Below the pieces are notes generated by a model, which was not told the DNA's origin, made no database searches, and worked only from the letters and a program-made list of their open reading frames with translations. A stretch of DNA of 63,986 bases, the filler included, from Dimargaris cristalligena (lineage: Eukaryota), in assembly GCA_003614675.1 (NCBI GenBank). It is 3 parts of 3 records of this genome, joined end to end, with 100 filler letters (N's around TTAATTAATTAA, not from the genome) between each part and the next. Parts side by side here need not be neighbours in the genome. Positions count along the whole stretch, not along the records: positions 21,617 to 43,119 come from ML002661.1; 2 more parts are not named here. The stretch is one strand, 5' to 3'. This document shows, in pieces, positions 24,748 to 37,575 of the stretch (the stretch's first letter is position 1; each line of letters starts with the position of its first letter). A program made the translations under genes and the position numbers.

Positions 24748-27264
24748 ATGGCTCACGACCGACAACAGTATATTCCTGAACTATACCAAGAAGCGGGCGA
24801 GCTGGGCCGAGATGGTGAGCCCCACCGCTACCATATCAACGAAGCCACCCGGCGATTCCCCCCGGGGGCTGACCACCACCACCCCGCTGGAGGTGCCCTA
24901 CACCACAAGTCGTCGCACGGTTCTTTCCAGCACCACCACACCCCCGGTCGACCACTGCCCCTGGCACCTTCCCTCGCGCGAGCGACTTCGGGTTCAGGGT
25001 CCGACCCCAACTCGTCCGACTCCGTCACGCGGTCCTACGACATGCGTCTCTCCCAAACCGCCGGACCGACCGCTGGCGGTAATTATCGACCGTTGCCACG
25101 TCCACCCGGCTATCCGGTGCATCTCGCACCCGGACCCGGCGGGGGCCCCCCCGTGCCCCCCAGCCGGAACGGCTATAACCACCGTTCCCGCGCCGGAAAT
25201 CCGGTGATCCCTCCGCCGATTCAGGCCGGGCCGTTCGCCCCCATCAGCAACAGCAACATCCACTCCGCTCAGCCCCAACTGCAGCAGAGACGCAGTCCCA
25301 ATGACTCGGGCCCGTTCAGTCCCGTGGCCGGGTACCATGGACCCATGTCAGCCGACTTCAACAAGGGTCCCCCGCCGCAACCCTATGGCTTGGCCGGTAC
25401 ACAGCCTACTCCGCTTACCCGGGTCTACTCCCAGCCCGAGGCCCTGAATCACGCCCAGGCCTACCCCCGTGGACTTCCTTCCGTGCCCCCTAGCCGAGAG
25501 GGATTCGCCACTTCCAACAATAATAATAATAATGACCCCAGCGGTAACAATACCTACTTGGGTAATAGTCCAAACATCCTCCAAGTCTCTGCCGCCGGCT
25601 CAAGGACCTCCTCCATCGCGGAGTACAGTGACTACCTAGACTCATACTACGAATCCAACCAAGACCCTGAACCCGTGTCCCATAACACCGAGGCCCCAAA
25701 ACCCCAACCAGGCGACGACTCTCGCCCTCCCTCTAATAACCGCCCTCTCTCCCAATACTCCGCCGCCTCCGGCCCTCCGCCTTCCCTTCCCTCTTCCGTT
25801 GGCCGGCCACCCCAGCACCCGCACCCACTTCCACTACCGCCTCAGGCATCGTCCACCTCATTCCAACCACACCCCAACGGCCCCTATCGGCCCGACGCCC
25901 CACGGGACGACTTCGGCGTACCTTACCAGGGTCCCCCTGGCCCCAACGGTTCGCACGACCCCCCTCCACCCCGGCCTTTCTACAACCAGACCCCTCACTC
26001 TTTTTCGCATATACCTCACCAGGGCATGTCCCGCTCGGCCTCCCAGACCCAGCCCTCTTCTATGTATAGCGACACTAACTTCCCGGGCTCTTCGGCAACG
26101 AGCGTCATCGGTGGCCCGCGCCGGCCGGTGACTCCGCCGCCGCCCACCATGGCCTCCATCGACGCCTTCCGTATCAAGGCTACCCAGAGTTCCGACCCCG
26201 GGGTCATGCTCGACTTCGCCAAGTACATTAACAAAGTAGCCGACCAGGTGGTCCTCAATGAAGTGGGGCCCAACGAAGGGGACAAGGTCAAGAACGGCCT
26301 CTATAACGAGGCCATTAAGGTCGTCAAGCGCCTGGCCACCCAGGGTGGTTTCAGCCGGGGGGCCTATGCCGAAGCTCAATTCGTCCTGGCCGACTGCTAC
26401 AACAAGGGCCACCTGGGGCTCGCCCCCGACCACGACAAGGCGTTCAGTCTGTACCAGCAGTCCTCCAAGCAGAGCCACCCCCAGGGTACCTACCGCACCG
26501 CCGTGTGCTACGAAATGGGCGCCGGTACCAAAAAGGACCCCCACCGCGCTGTACAATACTATCGCAAGGCCGCGTCGCTAGGCGACACCGGCGCCATGTA
26601 CAAATTAGGCGTTGTTTTGCTCAAAGGTCTGCTCTCCCAACCCGTCAATCCCCGCGAAGGTACGACCTGGCTGAAACGCGCGGCCGACCAGGCCGACGTC
26701 GAAAACCCCCACGCCCTGCACGAACTGGCGCTCTGCTACGAAAAGGGCGGCGTACCCTCCATCCTGGTCGATGAGCACTACGCCAAAGAACTCTATACCC
26801 AGGCCGCCCATTTGGGCTACGAACCCTCCCAGTTTAAACTGGGCTTTTGCTACGAATACGGGACACTAGCCTGTCCCCAGGACGCCCGGCGGTCCATCGC
26901 CTGGTACACCCGGGCCGCCGAACAGGGGGATCCCGAGGCCGAGCTGGCCCTTTCCGGTTGGTACCTGACAGGGTCCGACGGGATCCTCCAGCAAAGCGAC
27001 ACCGAAGCCTACCTGTGGGCCCGCAAGGCGGCCGACAAGGGCCTGGCCAAGGCGGAATACGCCATCGGTTACTACACCGAAACGGGCATCGGGGTCAAAC
27101 AGGATATGGAGGAGGCCCGCCGTTGGTACATGCGGTCCGCCGCCCAGGGCCACAAGCGGGCCATGAACCGGTTGACCGAACTTAAACGGTTAGGCAATAC
27201 CACCAGTCAGCGGACCAAGCCCAGTCGCAGCGGCAATAAGGATGAAAACTGCACCATCTTTTAA
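24748..27264 (+). CDS. CHS4: Chitin synthase activator Chs4/Skt5 (Sel1 repeats, CAAX)
   Basis: Single exon with a long Pro-rich low-complexity N-terminus. Sel1 repeats (AQFVLADCY, YRTAVCYE, AMYKLG, SQFKLGFCYEYG, ELALSGWYLTG, AEYAIGYYTE) and C-terminal prenylation motif CTIF. Confidence 0.92.
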   Translation: MAHDRQQYIPELYQEAGELGRDGEPHRYHINEATRRFPPGADHHHPAGGALHHKSSHGSFQHHHTPGRPLPLAPSLARATSGSGSDPNSSDSVTRSYDMRLSQTAGPTAGGNYRPLPRPPGYPVHLAPGPGGGPPVPPSRNGYNHRSRAGNPVIPPPIQAGPFAPISNSNIHSAQPQLQQRRSPNDSGPFSPVAGYHGPMSADFNKGPPPQPYGLAGTQPTPLTRVYSQPEALNHAQAYPRGLPSVPPSREGFATSNNNNNNDPSGNNTYLGNSPNILQVSAAGSRTSSIAEYSDYLDSYYESNQDPEPVSHNTEAPKPQPGDDSRPPSNNRPLSQYSAASGPPPSLPSSVGRPPQHPHPLPLPPQASSTSFQPHPNGPYRPDAPRDDFGVPYQGPPGPNGSHDPPPPRPFYNQTPHSFSHIPHQGMSRSASQTQPSSMYSDTNFPGSSATSVIGGPRRPVTPPPPTMASIDAFRIKATQSSDPGVMLDFAKYINKVADQVVLNEVGPNEGDKVKNGLYNEAIKVVKRLATQGGFSRGAYAEAQFVLADCYNKGHLGLAPDHDKAFSLYQQSSKQSHPQGTYRTAVCYEMGAGTKKDPHRAVQYYRKAASLGDTGAMYKLGVVLLKGLLSQPVNPREGTTWLKRAADQADVENPHALHELALCYEKGGVPSILVDEHYAKELYTQAAHLGYEPSQFKLGFCYEYGTLACPQDARRSIAWYTRAAEQGDPEAELALSGWYLTGSDGILQQSDTEAYLWARKAADKGLAKAEYAIGYYTETGIGVKQDMEEARRWYMRSAAQGHKRAMNRLTELKRLGNTTSQRTKPSRSGNKDENCTIF

Positions 27265-27312
27265 ATTTCTTGACCCTGCTTAGCAGCTGGATGGTCGCTT
27301 CCCCTCCCTCAC

Positions 27313-27350
27313 TCACACACACACACACACACACACACTCTCTCTCTCTC
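27313..27350 (+). repeat. (AC)n(TC)n compound microsatellite in the CHS4 3' region
   Basis: tcacacacacacacacacacacacactctctctctctc seen directly. Confidence 0.9.
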
Positions 27351-28656
27351 CCTCACTACTCTATTTCTAATCCTCGTTTCTATTGGGGAAGGGGGAGGCG
27401 ACTTCCGTTAGACTCTCTCTAGCTTACCTTACATCGCACGGAGACATCGATGGGTTTGAAGGCGGGTTGCACCTTGTTACCATGGTATTCCATTCACTGT
27501 CTTCCATCCCCCGTCGGGCTGGTTACCGCTCCCTTAATTTAATGTGCTTGCTAATTGTGCCTATGTTTAGGTCTACATTGCCTGTTCTATATCCGGGCAT
27601 TCGGACTCGGACCTAAGCGTATGGCCGACTGTGTTTGGTTGATCATCATGATCTTTCGGGATTCCTTTCCGCCGGATAGCTCCAGTGTCCCGGCCTACAA
27701 TCTTCCACTAACCAGCAGCACACTCATAGCTGCACCCGTGTCCACTTCACCAATTAGTAGTTTGATTTTCCGGTTTCATTTCCCTGAAATCACTTTGCTA
27801 TATCATTTTGCAGTCTATTCCCTACCAAACCTTCATCCCATCCTAATTCATCTCGCGCCCTCCTTGTCTGCCTTTTTCTACTATTATTATTTTGAATTTT
27901 GGCCATGCATTTCTCCCCTTCCTTCTCCATCCCATGTCTATCAGTACATATATATCTTCTATCCCCATTTCGATTCGGTAGTACATTTTTAATACGAGGC
28001 CATCCCATGCCTCGCTGATACCCCCTCCCCTCCTACTCTACGCCCATCAACCTATTTTATATTACATATCCTCCTACCCTCCCTATTTCACCTAGTCCAT
28101 ACAGCTTAGCTAAATTAATCACCATGATCCAACCCCACACTTGGTGCACCTCTTCCCCTTGAACCTAACGTTCTAATACCAAACTCCAACGGTTGGGGGC
28201 CTTTTTATCTTAATCTAGTCTAGACCTTGACATTATTACTAATAAACGTGCTTAGAAATGTATAACGGCACTTCTATTCGGTTTAAAGTAGAGGTCTCTT
28301 CCACTTCGCTCGGTTATTTCCGACTTAATTCCCCCCCCCCCCCAAAGTCAAATTGCGACAGCCTCTTTTAATACAATCTCCGAATAGGTGACTCTAGTTT
28401 CACTGAAATGTTCGTGCATTCAGTAATTTGTGACCGTTTTTAAGCAAACATTGGGTGTCGTATATCGGCATACCTAAACAATCGATAATGGTTTATTTTG
28501 CATCAATAGGACTGGTGTTCGCACCAAGCAGGATATCATCATTCCTGGACTAAATTAATACTATTAGACATCAGTTGCCGAGGAAACATAAGTAAGTCTA
28601 GAAACCAAGGTTCACGAAAGTTTTAAAAAATCAAATAAGTAATCGTTGGCTTAATA

Positions 28657-31600
28657 CTAGCGGTTTTTCTTTGTCACAGCCAGTTGTAAAGGCGGAATAC
28701 GGATGCCGTTGGTGAAAAGCTGGGACACTAAATAAAGGGCCATGACGAAAAGAACAAACAGGGACGCGATACAGAAATGGCTGATGGTTGTACCGATTTC
28801 CAGCCAACTCCCAGTATCCTTGACCAGGTAAAAGAAGTTGAGGGTCATGATGTCGGTGGTCGCTAGAACCAGTAAAAACATGGCCATAGGCGGTAGGCGT
28901 TTGATCCGGTTAATAACGCCCAGGACAGTGGAGAGGAGGAAGAACGGGATAAGGATCTTGAAGATCAGCAGGGCCCCCATCAGGAAGGGGTCAAAAATAG
29001 TGGTGAGCCGGTAGACGGCCTCGAGGGAAAAACTGCTGATACTGGCCACGTTACCAGTGCCAAAGAAGCCGACGTTGACCAGGAAGAGGAACTGACCAGC
29101 CGTAAAGAGGTCCCCAAGGCCCAGGCGGGTGTAGTGGTTGCCCTTGTAAGTGAGGGTGGCCTGGCGGGGTTCGGCCAATTCGCGATACTGTTCTAAATAG
29201 ACGGCCAGGAGGAGGGTTACCCCCAGACAGAAGTAGAAGAGCACTTCGTAGGAGATGCTGAGGAGAATGAAGGGCGGGGCCAGCGCTAGATAGATGGTGA
29301 CCAGTCGATGGAGGTGGGTCTGGATGGTGCCGAGAGCAATGCCCAGCGGAATAATGGGAGAGGCCAGGACGGCCCAGGCCAATAGTTGGTTCACTTCGGG
29401 TAGACCGGCCTTGGCGGTCAGGCTCCGAATGGTGCTGAGAACCAGGACGCAGGTGAGACCCACCAGAGCCGTCTGGCCGGCCAGTACGGCCGTGGCCAGG
29501 GTGGTCGAGTGGGATCGGGACCGCGACCCGGTTCCGCCGGAAGACTTCGTCTTGTTCATGATCGTATGCCGATAACCCAGGGCTACTATCCCACTGGCAC
29601 AGATTAGGGCGCCCCCGGCTAGAATCTGCCACTGGTCTTCTCCCTTCTCGACGGGGAGTAGCGTAAAGACGGACATCAGCAGGCAAAACAGGGTCCACAG
29701 GTAAGGCACGCGGGTCTGGAAACGAGTGGTTAATAAGGCGGAGTCGACCACATGGGGCCAGAGGGCGAGGAGAACGAACAATCCACTGAGCACGGACCGG
29801 TGGAAATAGCTGACCACGAGGAGCTCCAGGACGAGGATGTAGAGTAAAATACCACCGACCCACCACCAGGGATTACCCCCACCACTGCCTAAGCCCTTAC
29901 CAGCGCCCACACTCGGGGGGCTGAAGGTCAGAGCACTGTGCAGAGCCGAACCGAACACGCGGTGGGTTTTGATGACCTCGCACCAAAAGTATACGGGAAA
30001 GGCCACGTAGGCGTAGTACATTAGCGGGCTTTTCTGGACATAGAGCAGGGTGTAGAGGCCGCCTAGAATGAGGAGGGCAAAGGTATTGAGCAGGTGGGTG
30101 AAGACTAGGGCCGATGTGTCCAGTGGCGGGATGCGGGAGTGTGGGGACGCAGTGGCGGAGCCCAAAACGTAGTGTTGGAGGATAAAGAGGGTGCTGTACA
30201 GAATCCAGCCCAGGTACCCGGCGGTCACGACCGACTGGAGGAAGACCCAATCGTACGTCTGATAGTACCGAAGCCCGTCCAGGGACAGGTCAATAAGCCG
30301 CAGACACAGGGTTTCCGCTTCGGTGTACTGGGCATGTTCAATCAATAGTTCAATTCGTTGGATCAATTGGTCGGGTCGTTGATCCGGTTGGTTCAACTGG
30401 GGGTAGGGCTTAAAAAAGAGCTGGTGGGCCCGTTTGGATTCGCACTTCACTTCGTACTGGGCCAGAATCTGGTGGGCATTGGCCAGGGCACTCCGGGCCT
30501 TGTACTCCGGCTCGTTCTCCAAGTAGCCCAGGGGTAGCACTCCAACGGAGTTTAGGGGGAAGGGAACGCCAATCAGTGAGGTCATTAGGGGGGCAATATC
30601 AGCCTGTTCGATATCCCGACGGACCAAGTCGCTGAACCCCCAGGGTACGGAAAAGGCATCGTGGCCTGCGGCGGGGGCGGGCTGGCGCTCCGGTCCACGA
30701 ACCCCCGCGCCCCAGGCGATGATGGGGGTGCGGGTATTATCGGGGTGGCCATCCCCGTGGGACCCCCGGTTGTTCATACCGTGGTCGGCCGTAAACACGA
30801 AAGCGGTGCGATCGTCCGCGTAAAAGTCCTGAACGCGGTTGACAATAGCCTCGATGCCCTGGTCCACGCTGCGGATATTGTTGAGGTACTCGTTGGAGTG
30901 GGGCCGGTGGGCATGTCCATTGGTATCCAGGCCCAGCAGATGCAGGAAAAACACGATTTGGGGTTGGTGGAGCTGTTCCCGCAGCGTCTGATTACTTTCG
31001 GCCCGGTCGAACAGACCCTGGACGCGCTCAAAGACCCAGGTATCAAGCTGGGAACCATCGGCGGAAAAGTCCTCGCTTTCGTGGGTGTACATGAAGGTTT
31101 CCACATGTTCGGGGTTGGTGGCCCCGTGGGAGAACATGGGGAGAATGTCGGGGGACCCAAACGACCAGGTGTGACGGCTCTGGTTGAACGTTGAGTCGAA
31201 ATTGACGGGGTTCATTTTCCAGCCTATTCCCGGGATTAGAGTGGTTGTGAATAGAGGACAAACAACCCGTTGGGTTAGATTTGGGCATAAACGAAACCAC
31301 CTTAATAAAATATAATTTTTCTAAATAGCGTATGCTCCAGAGTGGTCTGAAGTGGGCATACCTTTGGTGACCGCACTAACGTCCTCGTAGAAACCGGCAA
31401 TCAGGGCGACATGGCCCGGACGGGATTCGGTTGGTACCCGGGTATGTGAAACCCCCCAGCTCCCCTGGGTGCGAATGATATTATGGAGGAAAGGCGCCAA
31501 GTACTCCGTTTCCGGGGCGGCGGACTCGTCGCCCAAAGCCAGCGACTCATTCCGGTAGGGCTCGTAGAGTTTGTCGGCCCGCAGGCCATCCCCCACGAAC

Positions 31601-31758
31601 AAGACCAGGCGGCGGGCGGGACTGGGCAGGTCGGCCCGATGCGGGGTCATGCCATGCACCAAGGGTGACCGGAAGTAGATATCAAAGATGCTCCAAATAT
31701 AGACCACATGGAATATGACCCCTAGGAGCATCAAGGTGCCCCGATGGGAGAGGACCAT
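28657..31758 (-). CDS. MCD4: GPI ethanolamine phosphate transferase 1 (2 exons)
   Basis: Exons 31758-31362 and 31223-28657. Motifs [74 protein letters not shown] and FTADHGM, plus a multi-pass PigN C-terminus ([16 protein letters not shown]). Confidence 0.96.
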
Positions 31759-31759
31759 G

Positions 31760-31788
31760 ATGAGAGAGAGAGAGTGTGTGTGTGTGTG
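31760..31788 (+). repeat. (GA)n(GT)n microsatellite immediately upstream of the MCD4 start
   Basis: tgagagagagagagtgtgtgtgtgtgtg seen directly. Confidence 0.85.
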
Positions 31789-32414
31789 AAGCGGGGCTTG
31801 AATTCAAAGACGGGCTGGAGAGACTATCACCGAAGCGGGTTGGGTGGGGTAGACAAAGACCTAAAGGGGGAGTGCGGCCTACCCTGAAATATTAAAAAGA
31901 AGAGTAGTAGCGCAAAAGGTAAGGCAATGTCAAAAAAAATAACTAAAAGCCAACTTCGCATTCAGCTGGGCCAAGTATTGGAAGCTGGTTTGGGAATAAG
32001 CAGAGATATTCGGGTATGTGTGGGTGAGGTTGGTCTTCTTAATGAAGGGCCCAGATTGGGCAATATATCCACTAATTGGAATATTCCTGAAACTCCGTCC
32101 AGTGAGTTTTTTGAAACCAACTGGATCAAAGGGGAAGACTACGTAAGCCATTTGTAGGCCTTGAAGCCAACATGTATCAATAGAATGGTTGATCATTTCT
32201 TAGGCTACAGCAGGCCCCAATAACCTGCAATATTAATACAACGATGGGCGACCCCATTGCTTATTGGACTAAACTGTTTTTACATTGGATCGAATTAAAT
32301 AATTAGGGTGGTCCATACCGTTCCACATTGTCGGATAAGTAATACAAGAGCCTGTCACGTAATTGGTAGTCATCTTGTTTATTGTACAGTTTGGATATAG
32401 TAGGCAAATAACTA

Positions 32415-33929
32415 CTAATGCTCTGCAGGCTGACTCTCTTGGAGGTAATTTTCCGGTGGACACATTTGGAGGGATTCGACGGGGACGCCCCGCCAGTGGG
32501 CCGGGGGCGGGTACTTAAAGTCCGGGCCAAAATTCAGGCGGATCTGGGCCCCCATATAGCAGGACACTGTCGGATAGTATTTGCCCAGGTACAGGTTGGT
32601 GAAGGCGGTCCCCAAGGGCCGGCCATTAAGGTAATAGGCAATGGCACTATCGGGCACTTCGGGTAGGACCTCCTCCGGCGAGGCCGGATCGGAATCCATG
32701 GGGTCATGCGGGTCTCGGGTGGAGGTGTAATTAAATGACACGTAGCGCCGGTCGCGACCGAGGATGAAGCGGCGGTTGAGGAGGTCCTCGAACTGCTCGT
32801 CGGTGGGGGGAGGGAGATAGATAAGAACGCCTAGGGTGTCTCCAACCTGGAACTTAGATCCGTAGCTATGGCCGATGGACCGGTGAAACCGCGTAGGGGG
32901 GTCGCTGCGAAAACTGTAGCTGTAGTGGTCTAAACCACACGGCCCCTGGAGATCCCCTGAGATTTGGGACCAGCCCATCCGAACCGCCCCCTGTGAATTG
33001 ACGAGCGTGCCCTCGTAATACCATGCGCCTTCCACAACACCATGGCTGGCTTTAGCCATTCGATAGCCCTAGATAATTGAGTAGACATTGCCTTGGCATA
33101 TAATTAGCGAAATTTACAAATCATGGACAGGACGAGGTATATACTAATGGCTAGATCCGGGGAAAATATGGTCAATAGCATAGTACTAGGGGAAAATGGG
33201 TAGGACTTACCTTGTCATTAGTCACTGTCAGATTATCGTCGCCGATTTGGATTTGGGGGGCACGGTGGGTGAGTTCAGTAGTCATGATACACGGGCCCGG
33301 GGGGTTCTCGACATCGGGCCACATATCTATGAGGTGGATTTGGTGAGTTAGGGTCAGACAGAAACAAGGTAGCAACTTGTTAATACCACAAATTCACCCG
33401 GGTCTAGGACCACAGTGGCCTTAAAATGGGGGATGGTGACTGATCTACCTGTTCTCACCAAGAAATAATAGCAAGTCAAGTTTGGATAAGCGCACTTACT
33501 GATGCTTGGCCGGGGGTCATTACGGCTCCGCTTAAAGCGCACAAAGACTTCCCGGCGGGCTGGTGCGCGGCCGGACGCACTGGACTCGGTTTTACGCAGA
33601 GGAGGCAGTCCGGCGTCAGTGGGTACCCGGTGGTCTTTTCCCTTCGGTACTGGGGTGGAATCAGTGGATGCGGCTTCAGGCCGGAGGTCCAACTTAGTGT
33701 GACTTAAGGGAGTCAGGGAGTGACGCCCATGTGGAGACAGCGACCCTGGGGTAGTTGAGGTTGAACCAAGCCCGAGCGACTCTGTAACACGTGGGGGCCC
33801 ATCGAGACTGCCCTCAAAGTCACCCAGGGGAGCGGGGGTTCCGATGGCGGGGGAACGCGTGGCCGCTAGATTGGGGGTCGCGGACTTGGACCTTGTCTCG
33901 GCGGTATTGAGAAGGGAGGAAATGTCCAT
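32415..33929 (-). CDS. BRE2: COMPASS subunit Bre2/Ash2-like SPRY protein (3 exons)
   Basis: Exons 33929-33500, 33326-33211 and 33068-32415. Motifs RAPQIQI..LTVTNDK|GYRMAKASHGVVEGAWYYE, VRMGWSQ, GPCGLDHYSYS, FQVGDTLGVLI and YYPTVSCY..LNFGPDFKYPP. Confidence 0.85.
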
Positions 33930-34512
33930 CGGTGACGGGAATGGGAATGGAGGCGTGGGCGAGTTGACAAACCAATCAACCCAATGTCTCAGTTATGGTT
34001 AAATGGGCGACGTATAAGTAAGGCTGTTGCCATTCATGGGGTCGAGGCTGGTCAGGCGGTAGCAATGGGAAACAATAACTGTGAAAACAGACCAGCGTCG
34101 AAGGTAGTTAATATATGGTATGGTCAAAAGGCACCAAGTTTGGGGATCCCTGAACGAAACCACCGCAATTGGTTTATTTCGGGGGACTAAATCCCTTTGC
34201 TTTAACTTTTACTTCAATTCACCGGTGCTTTTTGCTGTATACTACTTCTTTCGAGCCGTCAGTGGCTCCTTTTACCCCTGGTTGTATTTATCCCCTATCC
34301 GCTCTATTAACCCTTGGCCACTTTTTCTAACAAGGAAGGGTTTTAAGCTGCGGAACTTATTGCTGCGGACCGACCTAGCCTAATCGCCCATTTCCGCCTC
34401 TGGTCCACTTTTTAGCAGGGGGTCTAGTTAATCGCTCTATCCATTAAACTCTCCCATTGTTCTCTTTTCCCTTTACAGTGGCATCCGAGTCTGTCCATAT
34501 TCCTCTCCGGCC

Positions 34513-36842
34513 ATGAACGAAGTAGAGGTTTACCATGCCCCGCTGGCCCATTTCTCAGAGGACATTGTGAGTCTAGTGGGTATAGTAGAGAGCTTCAAAG
34601 AGATAAAGCCCAGCAAAAACAAATATTTCCAAACCGTTAGCCTCCTGGTAATGCCTTCCGATAATTATCCAAACGACTGGGCTAATGTTCGCCAACCCAA
34701 CTTGCAAACAATGAAAGTGATCATATTCCAACCGTCTCGGGATATTTTCCCCATAATTCAGCGACCGGGAGATGTGATTTGTTTCCTAAATATTCGGGTA
34801 AGTCCGCTCTTATTTTTTTATATCCTAGTCTCAATTGGCTAAAACAACGCTCCCCCATCTCTTAAACATATCTACATCGTGTTTAACGGGCCTATATCAT
34901 TTTGGTCCCGGTATCTGGCCGCCCCATTGCCCACCGACCTGTAACTTATCATAAGCATCTCATTTTCCATCTATCCTTTCATACTCCTATGGTATTTAGA
35001 TGGATAAGTTCAACGGCCACCGGCAGGGGCTGTCTTTCCACAAGACCCAATATTTAACGATCTTCCTGCCGAACTGCCCGATCGGGGACGCGGCATTTAG
35101 CAGCCTGGCAGCCTTTAGTCGCAGCTGCCCGCCCTTGAGCTATGGGCACCCCAGGCAAAATGGTATCCCATTGTTGAGTTTCCCTTCCTTAGGGATAGAA
35201 AGTGTCATTCGTTTTTATCAGGCTGCCTGGCTATGGCGGCAACGCGATCATTCGACCAATCCAAAAAGGCCAATCTCGAGCCTTGAACAAATGGAGCCTA
35301 ACAAGCGATTTAAACGCAGCGCTCAAGAGGTCAAAGATATGCGGCCCAGGATGTTTTGCGATTTCTACGGGGAGGTATGTACACCATTCAGGAGAACAGG
35401 TCTTAGTCGTTGATGGATGCTGATACCGGACCACTGGACCTATGTCTGCTATATTTCTCGCAGATACACACCTGACCCGTTATTCTTTAGTCCTTCATTA
35501 TACCAATTCTCTATATTTCAAACCGAATAGGTTGTCGAAAATAGCCCACGATTAAATTCGGGACACCAGTCCAACTGGCACTCGTTTACCGTAACTGATT
35601 ACACCGAAAACCCCGCCCTACGGTAAGAGCGGGGCACTATACCCCACACTATATCTGCCCTTACATTCTGCCTTGATTTAATACAAGCATATACAGTTTA
35701 GGAATCTCCTGCCTCAATATATCTCATACCTAATCTTGTTGTGTATATTATGTAATTGGCCTGTCTACTTCAGAGAGTCGGATGCAGACACTATAAATTC
35801 AAATAATATCGTCGGCCGCCGAGTCATAAAATGCGACGCCTGGGACATTAATGCCGGGCCATCGCGGGCATTGCCTCCGGGCACACTGGTATTTATCCGC
35901 AATTGCTTTGTTACTGAATGGGATAATACCATCGAACTCAAGGTTCGTGCCGATCCGCAGTTCCCCGATAAAGTGAATGTAGTGGCGGGTGCGGCGGACT
36001 GGGCAAGTTTCGAGCCTTTACTTGAGCGAAAACGGGCCTATTTGGTCAACCAACCGCCAATCCCAGAAATACAGATTACCCCAATACCACTCCCGGCTTC
36101 TTCTATAGCTCTACCTCAGACATCCGAACCAGCCCCGGAATCCCCCGCCCCTCCAATTAACCCGCGGGCCTCCTCCGTTCCCCTAGTCCACACTGAACCC
36201 GACCCTGTTGCTCTTGTCGAACCTGAACCCGAACTGGAATCCATTTTCCAGTCCCCCACGGTTATTCGGTTCCCAAACCGGCCCATTACGCCAATTAAAG
36301 AGGTAATGGGTTTCCCCAAACCAATATGGAAATTCCGCATCCGAGCCCGGGTGGTCGCCTGCGCCCCAGTTGAACTCGAACGTTTCGTCCGAATCTATTG
36401 TCACAATTGCCAAGAGGGCGCCACTCCCACTCCCGATCTGGCCCAAAATGGGACCGTCGTATGTCCCGGCTGTGCCTCGGTCCTACCAGATAGTCAGTAT
36501 GTTTATTCGTTTAGCATGCTCCTCGAAGACTCGTCCGGCGACCGACTTCGAGTGATCGCCTACGGCCGAGATGCTGCCCAGTTTCTGCCCGGCCTGGCAC
36601 CCACCAATATGCATTCCAACAATGCTACGCGGCAGAGTTTAGCCCAGCGACTGGGTAAAATCCTACCCCCCTCAATCACTTGTAAATGGCACCAAACCGG
36701 GCCGAAGAGGCACCGTAAAGGAACTCAGTCCGCTATGTCTACGCCTGCCCCCTGGTTCGATTGCTGTATTAAATCCTACGAAGTTGAAATAGTTGGCGAG
36801 TTGGTCCGGCGTTATCAGATATTCGGAACTTCGCTGACATAG
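34513..36842 (+). CDS. POT1: Telomere single-strand binding protein Pot1 (4 coding exons)
   Basis: Exons 34513-34797, 35000-35374, 35531-35622 and 35774-36842. OB1 (VSLVGIV..FPIIQRPGDVICF..KFNG..QGLS), OB2 (FCDFYGEVV..VTDYTENP..CDAWD) and C-terminal OB (KFRIRARVV, CHNC..CPGC, YSFSMLLEDSSG, WFDCCIKSY, YQIFGT). Confidence 0.85.
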
Positions 36843-37575
36843 CTTGGCTGTAAATATATAGAAATATTTGTCCACGTTTAGTGCCCGTTACAACACTGGC
36901 TTAGGCTATTTCCGAAAACCGTGCTTTAATTAACCTTAAGAATAAATTCTGCACTGTCTACTAACTATCCTCCTTCAGGCTTAGTTTGTAATTTATAGAT
37001 ATTCCCTTCAGAGATGTGTAGTCGATCTTGTTTTTTTTTTGGTGGAATTGCATAGTATGCCATTCTGCGCCTTGTGTATATCATGGATAATCAATACGAA
37101 TTGGGAATAGGGCTGCATACAGGTGATGCTACGTTAGTATGGTGTTTATTAGTAAGATGGACATTAGATATCGGATAAGAACAGAAAGGGAACCTCCTAG
37201 ATCCATGGAGGGGAGCAGGGGCCGAGGTAGATGTGCCGCAGGCATTAGGTCGAGTGTCTAGGCCATTCTAATAGGCCGTACCCATTGGTTGGAACTAATC
37301 CCTCCTCTATATAGTAGGATTGTCAGCCTCATAAAGTAATGTACTCTAAGAACGGTTTGGTTGGCTGTTACAATGTAAACAGTAGCTGCGCTTATTGATC
37401 AATTTTACAGCATGAGCCCTGGTGGTCTTCCATCCTGGGTATATGATCTAAAGGGTCTTGCACGTTGCTACGCAAATGGACCTTTGCACCCATTGTTTGT
37501 ACTTATACATAATTATAAACTATTTTCATATCACCCTACTCTACCCTCTTCGAATCGAAACCACCCGCTGTCAAC

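Noticed and set aside
24812-31194. Many overlapping ORFs within CHS4 and MCD4 (likewise within MTRR, MUS81 and CWH41)
   Set aside because: Alternative-frame by-products of GC-rich coding sequence.
14437-31758. Apparent cell-wall cluster CWH41-CHS4-MCD4
   Set aside because: An artificial spacer separates CWH41 from CHS4, and no shared regulation is evident.
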